Source: Chrysomallon squamiferum (taxonomy: Eukaryota; Animalia; Mollusca). From it: DNA of 64,000 nucleotides. Every line of letters starts with the position of its first letter. Within the stretch, counting starts at the first letter, position 1. The notes below the pieces were generated by a model, which saw only the letters and a list, made by a program, of their open reading frames with translations, searched no databases and was not told the DNA's origin. Made by a program: the position numbers and the translations under genes. Shown here in pieces: positions 1-23,620 of the stretch. The stretch spans positions 12,214,001 to 12,278,000 of the forward strand of contig CM022676.1 in NCBI GenBank assembly GCA_012295275.1, in the 5' to 3' direction.

Positions 1-822
1 ACTCAGAAAGAAAAAAATAATAATTTGGGAATTTAATTATAAGAAACAATGTGTGTAAAATAAATTATTATTATGATTATTATTATTATTATTATCATTA
101 TTAAATTAGAAGACTAAAGAAGTATTAGTATTGTGTATTAAGTGTACTATTATTTATTGCTATTTATATACATATATATTTGTGCTGAACATGAGAGGAG
201 ATATTGTAAAAAGTATTATTCTACATGATACATTCACTCTGAAATGTTACAGAATGCTGTGTAAGAAGTGAAAATAATAAAACAATAAAAATATGTAAAC
301 AAATTTTTGATTTTTATTATTTTTTTTTTTAAACATTTAAAAAAAATATTTTTGTGTTTTTGTTTGCATTAAATATCACATCAGGTGCAACTAAAGTGCA
401 GAAAAGAGGAGATCTGGATCCCATCCTATCATAAAATGTAATAACTCTCTCTCTGACACACACACACACACACACGTCATTTCATACTTAAAACATATAG
501 CTGACAACAGTAGCATTTTTAACGAACTGGACATATTTTGAACGGGATATATATATATTAAAAATTAAAAAATATGTAATCGAAAAACGACAATTACATT
601 ATCATACTGATATCACTGACTCAGAAACTGAATTTTGTTAAACCTTTCCAATTTTATAATTTTTTTTAATTTTTTAAATTTAAATTTTTATTGTTGTTGT
701 TGTTTTTATTTTTACTGAATTTACTTTCCTTTATAACCACTTAACCCTATTCGTTTATCATAAAATGAAACCAATTATAGAAGAATCTTTAAAACATAAT
801 GACGATATTGATGAATTTATCG

Positions 823-858
<36 letters not shown>

Positions 859-2088
859 AATGCATTTGAATTATTAAAGTGCCGCCAACAATAAAGTTAT
901 GATATGAAGCGGTCTACAACAAAGAGTATTAGCCATAGATTCGTAAACGTATTATTATTCAAGGATAGACCAATCCATCACGTCCACACATTTCCTGTAA
1001 GAACTCAGTTCATTGTTTTTTAACACAAAGACGATGTTGTAAGTTATCGACAGGTAGCGTCTTTAGGTAAGATGTCAATAGGTGACGTTGTAAAGTACTT
1101 GTATCGCTACGCGGTTTGACGAACAAAAACGATAAAATAAATGTAGGATTAACGCTTGACTGCAATAAGTATTATGCATTTTTTGTGATGGAATGATTTG
1201 TTCTATTATATCAACTCAGGACTGAAAGAAACAATAATTCAAGGTTAATAAGAACTGTTCAGTGTGTAATCATGGCTGCAATTCAAATATTCGCACTTGA
1301 AAACACTTCACTTCTATTTCCACTTGTTTATATGTCGTCTGCCATCAGCTTAAGTAATTTAGAACATTGACCTTTTACATGCAGTTACTTATTTATTTGT
1401 TTAGTTATAACAAGTATACTATGTTTTATTTCATTATAATATTTATATATTATATTACTTAAAACAAGTATATTAAGTTTCATTTATATAGAATATTTAT
1501 ATTTTCCCCTGAAAATGTACATTTTTATTATGGTTGTCTCCCATTTGTTACACAGGAAGCTTAGGAATTAATTAAGAAAATTCTTATAATATTAATGGAA
1601 TAGTTACTGGCTGAACGCATTTGTATACTGATATAAGCTGTAATCTATGTCCTCGTACCACGTGTGTATCATCCACGTATTCTAAACGTGATATGATAAT
1701 TCCTGTTATCATGTTATGTGACTAAATTTATAACAACTGCATGTGAAAGTATGTTTCTGTTCTTGTTTCTTAATTGCTAGTAGCGGTTTTCTTTATTATT
1801 CCCTAATGTACACGAAAGATGGGTCCATTGTTCCATACTGGGTAGACGGCATAAGATCAGCAGTTCACTCAGCCATGACCTGTGTTTTAATAAGGTGTGC
1901 GATTAATGGGAGAATACCGCTGGGTCATTGTACGTTACTTTAGAATATATTTTTCTTAAAACACATTCCACATTTCTACCTTTTTGTTAGATAAGTTAAG
2001 TGAAAGAATGAAGAGAAGTTCACATACGCACATACTTTCATTTGCATGGATACAAATATCCATTGAGGACTTGAAAAAACACAAACAC

Positions 2089-2152
<64 letters not shown>

Positions 2153-2424
2153 AAAAACGTTTTTGTTTGTTTTATGCCTCTATCATTTATTACATCTTTC
2201 AGTTTATTTTTAGAACACTCTTCTTTTGCAAGAATTCCTTTTATCCAGCGATCTCTGTTGATTATGTTGATTAAGACTTGGCAGTCAGTTAAACATAAAC
2301 ATGAACATAATGAAGATAAAATCCAACCTCATTATCCAGTGCATCGATTTCTTATATCTAGTAACAGCCTGACATTAATAATCAATTTTAGGATTAACTG
2401 TACGTAATGCTTCCTTTCATCGTA

Positions 2425-2459
<35 letters not shown>

Positions 2460-2602
2460 GTAAGTTGAGAGAGAGATAAGAACCAATTGTAAAGAAGAAA
2501 AATAAAATAAAATCAAACTGTTTCAACGCAGTCTCATAAGACTTAGACTGGAGATCAGATTGCTCTAAAAAACCAGTATAGTTTCCTTAGTTAATTCTTT
2601 CA

Positions 2603-5680
<3,078 letters not shown>

Positions 5681-5717
5681 ATTCAACAACACAGACACAC
5701 ACACAGACACACACAGA

Positions 5718-5764
<47 letters not shown>

Positions 5765-6006
5765 CACACACACACAGACACACACACACACACACACAGA
5801 CACACACACACAAAGACACATACATACACATCATTAAAATAATTAAGACTGATTTATTATTTGTAAACTGAGTATAAGGAAGATATAAAACACATGAACA
5901 GTTAACTTTCGAATAGTGTAGTTTTAATGTGGCTTCTCTTATTTTCAAGAATAATCGATTAAATTTGGATGAATTTTCAGAAACTGCTCATTACTATTAT
6001 TATTAC

Positions 6007-6043
<37 letters not shown>

Positions 6044-6090
6044 TTATTATTATTATTAAAAACTGTATTTATACATTCACTGCTGTTTTG

Positions 6091-6140
<50 letters not shown>

Positions 6141-6699
6141 CACTATTATTATTTTTAACATTATCATCATCATCATCATTATTATTAGAAGTAATACTAT
6201 TATTACTATTACGACACAGAAATATTAACTCATATCATTTTACAAGTTATTAAGTCTGGTTAAATACTACTAAGAAAAACAAGAAGAAAAACTACAATAA
6301 CAACAACAACAACAACAAAAACTATATTGCCAACAGAATGCTGTTAACTTTTATTTCTTATTGTGAAATAATACACTCGCTTCTCTGAGAAGCTAGGATA
6401 CTTTCTTACAATGTCATGTAAAACGATTTTATCACACACACACACGCGCGCGCGCGCACACATATTTGTTACTCCAGCATTTTCTGTAACATGTCAACAG
6501 CATATTAAACAACAGCTACAGCTGTGAGAGGAGAGTGAGCCAGAATTCCTTGTCCAACGGAAAAAAAAAGAGATTTCATCTAACCTGACTACTGTGTGCA
6601 TGTACTTTTTGTCATATTGTGTCATAGTTGCCACAGAGACAGAAAACCCGAGAAAAATGATAATAAATAAATAAATAAATAATGATGATGATGACAATG

Positions 6700-6742
<43 letters not shown>

Positions 6743-6862
6743 CAACAACAACAACAATAACAACAACAGTAAAAGAATAAAAGAGTCCTGTTTTTTGTCA
6801 AAACTGAAACGCAGTATGAAACGAAAATGGCGGATATTCGTAAGACCAAGTCCTCCGTTTTG

Positions 6863-11979
<5,117 letters not shown>

Positions 11980-12081
11980 TTTGCTGGTGTCTGGTTTTTG
12001 AATTATAATTAGCTTGTTTTATTAGCATACAGAAACATGGAATCTTACATTTTTCTGTTACTGTTGTGCACTGCTGAATAA

Positions 12082-12089
12082 TGACGTCA
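12082..12089. promoter_or_regulatory. CRE/ATF palindrome TGACGTCA between divergent genes A1 and B1
   Basis: Perfect palindrome about 100 bp upstream of the A1 ATG. The same 8-mer occurs at 11157, 19478, 34490 and 56899. Function is inferred only. Confidence 0.4.
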
Positions 12090-12350
12090 TATATTAACCT
12101 ACGGAAAATCATTTTACTATTTAGTCTGATATATGGTGTAAATCACATGTAATTATTTTAGGTTTTACGAATTATTCTTCTTATTTATTTATTTATTAAA
12201 TAAATAGAGGCAAAGCATTTAGAAGTACAAATTCTGGTGGTGGAAGCAAATAGTTCCATAAGCGAAAAAATTGTGACAAAATAGTTCAATGACGATGATC
12301 CCAATGGACTTCCATAGTTCTATTTATTTTCTATTATTATTATTATAATT

Positions 12351-12386
<36 letters not shown>

Positions 12387-12623
12387 GTTGGTGGTGGTGG
12401 TGGTGTTTTTGTTTGTTTGTTGTTTTTTTTCTCTTTTTTTTTTCTGATTTAAAAAAATAATAATAATAAATAATAACAATAATGACAATAAATACTGATA
12501 ACGATAATAATAATAATAACACTGACACCATGACTATTAACCAACCACATAAGAATTCCGTATTAATTATAACATAAAATGTAATACATAGATAGATATA
12601 TAGATAAGAACAAAAGAAACATA

Positions 12624-12661
<38 letters not shown>

Positions 12662-12687
12662 TACACACACAAACAGGCACACACACA

Positions 12688-12744
<57 letters not shown>

Positions 12745-13158
12745 CGACGGTAATGAGCATATTTTTATATAGATTTTGCCAATAAAAGCAGCACCCTGCG
12801 ATCATTGTTTATAGGACAAGATATGATGCATGGAAACATTTCCATAAAAAAATAAAAAACAAAAAACAAAGAAAGAAAGAAAAAGAAAGTTAAGTATTCG
12901 AAAAGCTGCTGTTACATCCCTTTAAATCACTAATGTCAACTTCCTCGAACGAATAATATTAGTATGTTTTTACATCTCGACTTCAAAATTAAGAAAAAAA
13001 AACCCACAAAATATTTATTATTATTTTTTTTTTATTAACACCCTTTGCTATTCATTGAACATCAACTAATATTTAAGGACTGAATGGAAACACAAATTGA
13101 TTGACGAGAACATTTTTTTTTTTTCTTTATTTTCAGGTTTATCGCCTCTACGGAAGTG

Positions 13159-13209
13159 ATGCACCTTTTCTTGTGTGCTATTCTCTTTACTGTTGCTTCA
13201 GGTGAGATT

Positions 13210-13296
<87 letters not shown>

Positions 13297-14378
13297 TTTT
13301 TTCTTTCAAAATAAGCTTTTAATTTTGTATAAAATAATGATTTGCAGTTTACTTTAATTATAATTTTCATATCTTTATGATAGTTGCATTCGTTAAAAAG
13401 AACAAAACAAAAATATATTGTTATAAAATCTCCGAAGTGATGAATTGTCGCAGTTTAGTTTAACTACACGTTAACAGGCTGGTGATCTGAACAAATATAA
13501 TCATCTTTTATTCTCCTGTAATCCAGTTAAAAGTTTTACATGTCAAACAGCGTCCGCCTGAAACACATATGAGGATCCCTCATCCGAAATTCCGAAATTC
13601 GAAACTTTTTCCCGAGCAGCAGAAATAACAATAACATCTTTTCTGAATATACAAATCGCATTTTATTTTATTTTTTTATTACCAAAAATATTATTTTAAA
13701 TATCCTGCAGACTATCTGGGTAAGATGTACATGAAAAATAAAGCAAATTCAAAATCAGACGTAGATTCCTTTTATTCCAAAATCCGAAATATTCCGAATT
13801 CCGAAACACTTCCGGTCCCAAACATTTCGGATAAAGGATTCTCAGCCTGTATCATACTGAACATATTAAATAGGCTGTTCTTTTTTTTGGTTATTCATCT
13901 CTGTGTTTAACATCTCATAACATTTAAAATATCATATTTCATTTTATAAAATACTGATTTTGTAAATCTATCGATAGAAAACAATTCGGCGTTATTTAAA
14001 TAAAAGAAAAACAGCTAAAACATTTTGGCGAATGTGATGACGTAGCAGCGAGCAGACGATCCTCTAACTTACTGTACTTTCTAATTTAGAAACAAACTGT
14101 TATGTAAAGCTGAGAGTAAAGATTTACACAGTGTAGCAGCGAGCAGACGATCCTCTAACTTACTGTACTTTCTAATTTAGAAACAAATTGTTATGTAAAG
14201 CTGAGAGTAAAGATTTACAGAGTGAAAATATTATTACATTTATTAAGAACAGTAACAAGAAGAACAAACAGAGATAAAAGACAACTATACTTCTATAATT
14301 CATTAATTTTCTTGGATATCTTTGCCAATGAAAAATTAAATATTATTAATAGTAGTAGTAATAGTAGTAGTAATAGTA

Positions 14379-14418
<40 letters not shown>

Positions 14419-15108
14419 GAACAATAACAACAACACTAACAACAACAACAATTGAAATAATAATAATAATAAATAAAAATAAAACTCCTATGGTTAGCGG
14501 TTCGGCATTTTAACTGAATGTAATTTTCTAAATTATTTCAGCTGATTATATTTTAACAAAATCGCCAGACGCAGTTACTATTGGATCATCGTTAACGCTG
14601 ACATGCAATACACGGAGAAAACAACCCGGAATAAAATGGACTCGGGGTGATTCTAGCTTCATTGTATCACAAGCAGTAGGTACAAGTTGTAATGGAAAAA
14701 TGCCATCAGAATACGACTTCAGCTGTTCAGAAGGAATGATATTCAATTTAACAATACCCAATATCCCGTTCACTGAAAATGGAATAAAATGGAAATGTCA
14801 GGGTGAATTTGAACAGGTTGAAAGCAATACTATAATTGTTACCATCGGTAGGTTTCACTCAGAAAGTATAGGTTTATCCACACAGAGAAATTAAAAGTGA
14901 TGCACTTTTCTTATTTGTTATTCTCGTTACTATTGCTTAAAGTGAGTTTATATATATAATATTTATTTTCACCTTTCATTAAGAATCATTTTCATGTTGT
15001 TGTTTTTTGGGTGTTTTTTTGTTGTTGTTGTAATTGTTGTCTTTCCCAAGAAGAATAACAACAAACAAAAAAGAAGAAAAAGGAAAAAAAGAAAAAAAAA
15101 GAAGAAGA

Positions 15109-15140
<32 letters not shown>

Positions 15141-17212
15141 GCGAGAAAAAAATAACACTATGTTATATCATCCCTGTCAGATCCTCTAATTTACCTTTTC
15201 TTCTTTTATAATTTAAACTTTAAACAAATGATTATGAAAAATTGAAAAAACTCCTGAGGTTGATGATTCGGCAACTCAAGTAAATATAATTGTCTCTATT
15301 ATTTCAGCTGATTATATCTTAACAAAATCGGCAGACACAGTTACGTTTGGATCATCGTTAACGCTGACATGCAATGCACACAGCAAAGTAGACGGAATAA
15401 CTTGGACTCGGGGTCCTACTAGCTTTCGAGTATCACAAGCATTAGGTACAAGCTGTAAAGGAAATATGCCATCAGAATACGACTTTGTATGTTCAGAAGG
15501 AATTATATACAACTTGACAATGCGCAATATCAGGTTCAGGGAAAATGGAATAAATTGGAAATGTCAGGGTCTGTTTGGAGGAGCTGAGAGCAATACTGTA
15601 ATTATAAAAGTTACTAGATTCGGTAGGTCTTACTCAAAATCAGTAGATATGCAGACACTTATATTTGTGTGCTAGAGAACGATATCCTCCTCATCTTTTT
15701 TACAGCAGTAATGTCCCATTGTTTGACAAAAGCGTCTGCATGTTTCTCCATCAACTTCGTGTTTTGTCCTGTGTTAGATAATTCCTCTGCAATACAAGTA
15801 CCTATCCTATCCTTTGGCTGTAGTTACACTATGTTTTTTCTTTTCATATCGTTCCCAGCTGAAGATGGGTAACGGTCTTCAGTTGACTTCTGTCATCTAA
15901 CCTGTCCAGTCACATTTGTAATCTTTTTACTGACATGTTTCTTTTTCGCTCTATCTAGATGATCTATAGAATATTTCCCTTCCTCTTTGTTTGTGCAGTT
16001 GACTGTTTTTTTCTCGCTTGCTTAGTTAGCGCCAAAGTTACCAGCAGTGAGTCACTGATACTCACAGAAGTTCTCAACCTCTCTCGAAGCACGTTATACG
16101 TTTTCCTAGTACATTTTGCCGTACGACAAAAAATGTTGTTGACATATCAATATACAACACTTTGAAGGTCATTTTTCTCTTTGATTTTCATTTCCCCCTA
16201 CATCTTTCTGTATATCAGCACCAGTGACCGACATAGTTTTCTGGTATCGCCAGTCTCTGGTTTTGTAGGTAACATTTAAAAATATGCACTCGAGCGCTGC
16301 TGTAAATTGATTAGCTCATACTAGTGTCGGTCATACCAATCTGTTCAGTATTCATGGAGCGAGGATAGTGTATCTTTAGTTTGCACTGACACGAAAATCT
16401 GTTCACAGTTAATTTACAGTCAGCTATTGTACTTTTGCATTTCTTTAGATGGCTTATAACATGGACGTGGCTATCATCTCAATCAAGCGTGCTCTCTAGG
16501 CTGATTTTCTTCATTATTTCTATTTTCTGCCTGGTTTATGGCAAACACGTACCCAAACGCCGTGTGTTCCATTCTACAGGAATTCTTCAATGAAGATGGA
16601 GCACATTCATTATAGTATTTTACTTGTATATAAATGAATTAGGTATTAAAATGTTGAATACAATTTATCATATTTAACTCATTTTTCTATTTGCAATATT
16701 ATTATCGAATAAAAGAAGCAGTTAAAGATATTGTAGAACTGTTTTCAAGAATAAAATTTTATGATTACGATTATTATTTTACATATTTCAGTTCCTGCTA
16801 ATGGCGGTAGCACACTACAACCTTCAGCTGTGTTTTGTCTTCTAATCATGTAAGAAATATTTTCATTGTCGTCTTTTTATCTAATCTTTTATTTATTGTT
16901 GAATTTAGTGTTCGTTTTAACTCGTTTGTACCTGTCTGTTTTACTATTATTGTTGTTATTTAATCTTTCTGTCTGTCTTTCTTTCTGTGTGTTTATTTAG
17001 TCATGTTTTATATGCTGAAGTTAGTATTATTTGTCGTGTATGAAGAAAATAAATATTTAATTTTCTGCCTCTCTTTCTTAAATTTTGAATATATTTACTG
17101 TCCTGTGTTTCTACACTTATCTTTCTTTCAGAGTTTCAGTTCGTTCTCTTTTATTTTTATTTTATCTTTCTTCAGGTTTATCACCACTTCAGTTGTGAAC
17201 GTTTTGAAGTAG
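13159..17212 (+). CDS. Type-B two-Ig-domain protein with GPI-signal-like tail (gene B1)
   Basis: Exons 13159-13201 (MHLFLCAILFTVAS), 14542-14847 (Ig1: LTLTC..GIKW..C..C..FNLTI..ENG.KWKC), 15308-15622 (Ig2), 16792-16849 (VPANGGSTLQPSAVFCLLI), 17176-17212 (MFITTSVVNVLK*). Open throughout with GT-AG junctions. Confidence 0.88.
13566..13849 (-). mobile_element. Non-autonomous TcMar/Tigger-like MITE (Tigger4/Zombi-like ends)
   Basis: The right end on the minus strand reads TA-caggctgagaatcctttatccgaaatgtttgggaccggaagtgtttcgga. A degenerate left TIR tgaggatccctcatccgaaa lies near 13570. The resemblance to Tigger4 ends is from memory. Confidence 0.6.
14042..14223. repeat. About 92-bp intronic tandem duplication (2 copies)
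   Basis: gtagcagcgagcagacgatcctctaacttactgtac...gagagtaaagatttaca starts at about 14042 and again at about 14134. Confidence 0.85.
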
Positions 17213-18173
17213 ATCTACATACTCCTCGCAGATAGAAAAACACCGAGAAGCATCAAACACAGAAAACAAACTAAATTTTACTGTTCTTTCTTCTTTGTGT
17301 TTGTGTTCGTTATTATTGTTATCATCAACATCATCATCATTATTGTTATTATTATTATTGTTAAAAATATTATTATTTTCATTAGTATTATGATTATAAC
17401 CATCTCATTTATTTATTTATTTATTTATCACTTCTATCTTTTTAATGTTGTTTTTCTTTTTTCTTTTGTTTAACAAATTTGAAAAACTAAAAAGCCATTA
17501 TACTTGAATCGACTATAAATTAAATATATTCTTTCTTTCTTTCTTATTTTCTTTTTTTTTTTTTTTCTCCTATTTAGTGCATGGGAAGAAATAGCACTAA
17601 AATTGTTCTGTTTCAGATCATTTAAAATATGACTGAACTGTTAAAATATTAAAACAAAAAATTCTCAGTTGCTCCACTAAAACATCTCTTGCTGATTTCA
17701 GTCTGGTCAACTGTCTTCATGACATCACACAAGAGCAGTCCACTCAGTCTGAAATAGGTTAACATTGCGATTGCGTGTAATTTTTGTCTTGACCATTCAT
17801 TCATTCATTCATTCATATTCAATTTTTGATAAAACAGTTTCTTTTCCATATATATAGTTTCATTCTGCTGGACTCTCCTTAATTGTCTGTAAGAAGGAGG
17901 AAAATCTGTTAGGAATCCTTTCTTATGAATTTCATCCTGAACTGAACGGAGACAAACTGTTGCTCCTAACTGCTATTCACAGAGCCCTCGAAACAGTTTG
18001 TTAGACATCCGGGTTATAGTGTTAAAACAAAAACGAAATTATTTATAATCGTTATTACAAAGTAAGAGTACTTAGCCACGTTCAGATTCTAGTGTAACAT
18101 GGCAATTCATGATAACAATGTTTACATAAATCATCTTACAACGGTTATCCCTTAAACTAAAGATGTACAAGAA

Positions 18174-18232
<59 letters not shown>

Positions 18233-18264
18233 TAAATAAAAATAAGAAAAGTAGATTCACTTAC

Positions 18265-19055
18265 GACTAGTTTTCACGGTAAGTGTATTACTTTTATCAT
18301 TACTTAATTTTGTTTTACACACGTAGTCGACGTCCCCGTATTCACTGTAATTATTAACAGTAAGATAGTAGCTTCTAACGTCGGCGTCTCTGCTGTTGGT
18401 CCCGTCACCGTAGGCAGCGTTGAAATTTGATGACATGTGCTTAGATACGACGCATTGTCTTGAAGCTGCATAAATAAACTGAGTCAATAGTCGCCCATGT
18501 AAAGACCTATCTTGTCCTTAAAGTTAGCCGAGCCGTTGACCGTACAGGTGAAAACAAATATCCTGTGACGTAACAGGTTAACTGCTGTTAAATAATTTAG
18601 ACTGTGTGTTTAAATTTAATTTAACAAATGAACACAATATGATCTTTAAAGAAAGTCGGTCAATAACAATCAAAATTATGTAACAACAACATTACATAAT
18701 CACATCAACATATACAGTCATATTAGTTGATGTAATTTGGGTTGATTTTTAGATTAGAGTATTTACATTCTTTAGTATGTATCTATATACATTATAATCT
18801 TATAAAATAACAGCACCTAAATGGCCTAACAAAAAGAAAACGAAGAAAAATTAATAAAGACGTATATTATAATGATAAACAAAGGAGAGTAAAACAATTA
18901 TGGAATCAACAAGAGATACAATGGTAAGCCATTTGAAACTATAGTGACGACACTGAAAAAGATAAATTTACTGACTAAACAAATATCGCTGAAAAAAAAA
19001 AAAAAAAGGGAAGCAGATTTAACAGTAGAATATCCTTCCCAAACAGCGAATCCAT
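18265..19055 (-). pseudogene. Truncated pseudogene copy of type-A gene A3 (signal exon and first Ig exon)
   Basis: 18584-18265 is an inverted copy of 35249-35596 with a deletion of about 27 nt, CGA>TGA (gactattgactc) and a 1-nt deletion (ggcaactgc>gacaatgc). The signal-exon homolog near 18975-19055 is disrupted by a poly-T run. Downstream exons are missing. Confidence 0.85.
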
Positions 19056-19130
19056 ACGAAAGAAAAACTGAAAATTAATGAATTTATTTTAGCAATTCTT
19101 TGTAGCGAAAAAAAGAGAAATGAGAAAATT

Positions 19131-19173
<43 letters not shown>

Positions 19174-19477
19174 TGATGATGATAATAATAATAACAATAA
19201 TGATAATAATAATAATAACAAATAAAAAAAATAAAAATCAAATAACCAATTTCGAATAATAATTTATTTGTTTTTGATTTTCTTACATTATTAATGGAAA
19301 ACTGTTAATGTCGAGCGTGACTTTAGAGTTATGTCCACTGAATTATTTTTAATTATCATTTTTGGATTTGTTGTGAACACACTGTACAAAATTTTGCATT
19401 GTGTAACAAATAAATAAAAAAAAAAATAAATAAATAATACCAGAACAAAATTATCAATTTGAGGCTGATGTAATTGA

Positions 19478-19485
19478 TGACGTCA
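19478..19485. promoter_or_regulatory. CRE palindrome TGACGTCA in the intergenic block between pseudo-A and B2
   Basis: Lies in a non-coding block (about 19240-19650) conserved with 34330-34720 in the other arm. Confidence 0.4.
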
Positions 19486-20137
19486 CGAAATCTCTGTACC
19501 TAGTCGACAGATTTATGAAATACATTAATTTTGAAAACCATTAATTCTGTTGGACACAGCCATCCTTCTCATCGCTTTCTTTAATCAGATTCCATTGTTT
19601 TCATAACTGGATATACGTCAGTGATGTTTGCTAATTAATTAATAAATTAATTAATTTATTTCATTTATTTATTTATTTATTTATTTAGTTCATTTATTTT
19701 ATTGTTGTATTTGTATAGATTTATTTTATTCTATTTTATTATTATTTATTATCATTTCAGAAATAATATTAATGGATTTTATTTATTTATTTTATTTTAT
19801 TTTATTTTATTTTATTTATTTATTTATTTATTTATTTTGTCTCTTACAGTTATGGATTTTTATGATTTTAGGAGTTCACTATATATTTATATGAATAAAT
19901 ATTGCATTCACTTTTTGCATTCAATTTATCTGAACACTAAAAGTATCTTCTTTTATTAACTGTCCTTTTTTTATATAACAGCATTTACTACTTTTTTCAT
20001 TTCTACTTGATACGTTTCAGGAAATCAGCAAATATTTAAGGACTGAATGAAAGTACAAATTGATTGACAAAAACATTTTGGTTTGAATATGAGAAGTCTG
20101 TTTCTTGTGTTTTCTTTCCTTTTAGGTTTACTACACC

Positions 20138-20915
20138 ATGGAATCAAAAGTGATGCAGCTTTTCTTGTATGTTAGTCTCTTCACTGTTGCTTCAAGTGAG
20201 TTTATTTAAAATGTTTTATTTCAAAATTACTTTTTAATTTTGTATACATTCATTTCTAAGTTATAATTTTTTTTAATGTTTTTGTGGTTCTTGTAATTTT
20301 AAGAAAAAATATAAATAAAAAACAATAAATAAATAAATTAATAAATTACTATAGAAATAAATAAAAGAAAACAAAATTAAAATTAAAATTAAATTGAATA
20401 AAACGAAAGAAAAAGGAAAATTTCTAAAGTAATAAAATGTAAAAATTTGATTTAAATACACATTAGGTACTGATGATCAAAACATATATAGACATCTTTT
20501 ATTCACCTGTAATTCAGTTAAAAGTTTTTCATTGTAAATCAACGCCACCCTTGAACACATTTAATCAATTGTTTTTTGTTTAGTGTACAGTTATTAAACT
20601 ATTATAAATGTCACATTACATTTTAAGAAATACTGAACATGCAAATAAATACTGATGAAGACAAACTGGTGCATCAATTAAATAAAAACATAAAAAACAA
20701 TTAAAAAGAAAGGTGGAGACATAGAAGCGAACGCATAAAAGTTTACAATCCTCTAATGTAGAATATTTTTAATTCAAAATTTACACAAATGAAAATACAA
20801 AGATAATAGAGAGTAATGATATCCAAAGTGAAAATATTATTAAACTTATTAAGAAAGGTAACAACAAGAACAAGACTGTAATCTTGTTCGATATATTTGC
20901 TGGCACAAAATTTAA

Positions 20916-21005
<90 letters not shown>

Positions 21006-22254
21006 ATTCCTAAGGTTAGTATTGGCGTTTTAAGTGAATGAATTATCTGAATTATTTCAGCTGATTATCTCTTAACAAAATCGAGAGACAGAGTTATTGT
21101 TGGATCATCGGTAACGCTTACATGTAATACACACAACAAAGTACCCGGAATATCTTGGTCTCGTAATCGTTCTAATATCCTTTTAAAACAAGGATCAGGT
21201 ACAACTTGTACTGGAGATCTGCCACCACAGTACCACTACACATGTTCAGAAGGAATTATATTCAATTTAACAATACCCTTTATTAAGTCCGATGAAAATG
21301 GGAAAAAATGGAAATGTCAAAGTGAATCTGGAGGAGATGAGAGCAATACTATAATTATTACCATCGGTAGGTCTTACTCAGAAGGTTTATCTACATTATG
21401 GAATTAAATATAGTAATGCATCTTTTGTTATGTATCATTCTCTTCAGTATTGTTTCAAGTTAATTTACATAAAAAATGTTTTATTTCAAAACATTATTTT
21501 AATTTAGTATATTATATTTATTTTCAATTTTTATTAAGAATAATTTTATATGTTTTCTTGATTCTGATATTTCCTATAAGAAAGAGAGAAAGAGAAAAAA
21601 AAAAAAAAAAAGAAGAAAAGAAGAAAAAAAGGAAGGATATTGCATAAAACATGTAAAGTGATAAAATGTCGAACTTTAGTTTAAATACACATGACAAGGC
21701 AGGTGATTGGTACAAATACAGTCATATTTCATTCGCCTGTAATTCAGTTAAAAGCTTTGCACGTAAAACAACGGCAGCCTTGAATACGTGTTATATTGAA
21801 ACTATTCAATAAGTTGTTCTTTGTTCAGTGAAAAGTGCTGCTCAGGAAACTTGCTTTTCATCTTATTCTTCTCCCGAAATTTCATGTAGCATAAACCATT
21901 ATAAATGTCATATTACATTTTATAAAATATTGATTTTAAATCGGCAATATTTAAATAAAAGAAAATTAATTAAAACAATTAAAACAGTTTGTTAAATATG
22001 ACAACGTAGAAGTGGGCACATAGTGACACAATTCTCTAACAATATTTTTAAAGTAAAATTTAAACAAATAATTACGTAAAGTTGAGATTTACGTAAAGTA
22101 AAGAGTGAATTTATTATTACACTTATTAAGAACAATAACAACAAGAACAAAGGGTAAGAAAAAAGACAAATATAATTTGATAATTCATTAATTTTCTTGA
22201 TATATTTGAAATACAAAAGGTAGGAAAATAAAAAGAAAAAAGAAGGAAATGGTA

Positions 22255-22289
<35 letters not shown>

Positions 22290-23588
22290 TGATGATGATG
22301 ATGATGATGATATTAGTAATAATAGTAATAATAATGACAAAATTTATAATTTTGGTGATTTGGCATTACAAATAAATGTAATTCTCTGAATTATTTCAGC
22401 TGATTATCTCTTAACAAAATCGAGAGACACGGTTATTGTTGGATCATCGTTAACGCTTGTATGTAATACACGCAAAAAAACATCGGGAATAGTCTGGACT
22501 CGTGATCATTCTAATATCCTTTTATCACTAGGATCAGGTACAAGTTGTGTCGGAGATCTGCTACCAAAATACGACTACAAATGTTCAGACGGAATTACAT
22601 ACACGTTAACAATACACTCTATTCCATTCAGGGAAAATGGAATAAAATGGAAATGTCAGGATCGGTTTGGAGAAGTCGAGAGTAATACGATAACTGTAAA
22701 TGTTGCTGGATTCGGTAGGTCTTACTCAAAATCAATAGATATACAGACACTTATATTTGTGTGCTAGAGAACGATATCCTCCTCATCTTTTTTACACCAG
22801 TAATGTCCCATTGTTTGACGAAAGCGTCCGCATGTTTCTCCATCATCTTCGTGTTTTGTCCTGTGTTAGATAATTCCTCTGCAATACAAATACCTATCCT
22901 ATCCTTTGGCTGTAGTTTCTCTTCATATCATTTCAATATGAAGATGCATAAAGGTCCCCAGTTGAGTTCTGTAATCTAACCTGTTCAGTCACATTTGATC
23001 TTTGTTTTCTAGTTTACTGACATGTTTCGTTTTCGCTGTCTCCAGGTGATCTTTAGCATATTCCTTTCCGACTTTGTTTGTGTTCTTGCTTGTTTAGTTA
23101 CCACTATCACTGATATACAAACGAGGTGTAAACTTCTCTGCTAAACAAAATGTTGTTGACATGTATTGGTATGTCACTTTCTAGAGACTATTTTCTCTTT
23201 TATTTTCATTTCCCCCTGCATGTTTTGGTATATTTGTAAAAAAAGACTGTAACGTAGGCGAAACGAAAATGACCGATATAGTTTCAGGAATCCTGAAGCC
23301 TCTGGTTTCTGAGGTATGGTTTAAAAATATGCAGTCGATGCTGATGTAAACAGGTTAGATGATATTGTGTCTCCTTTTCCCGTGGGCCTCTTTTTATTTT
23401 GATTTTATTGGATATATTTGGTGTAGAGATTTTCTGTTTACAATGGATCGTATATGTTTTCGAACAAAAGAAGCAGCTAAACATATCGTAAAACTGTTTG
23501 CAAAAATGAAACTTAAAAGAATATTTATGAGAGTGATTATTATTATTATTATTACTATTACTATTATTATTATTATTATTATTATTAT

Positions 23589-23620
<32 letters not shown>

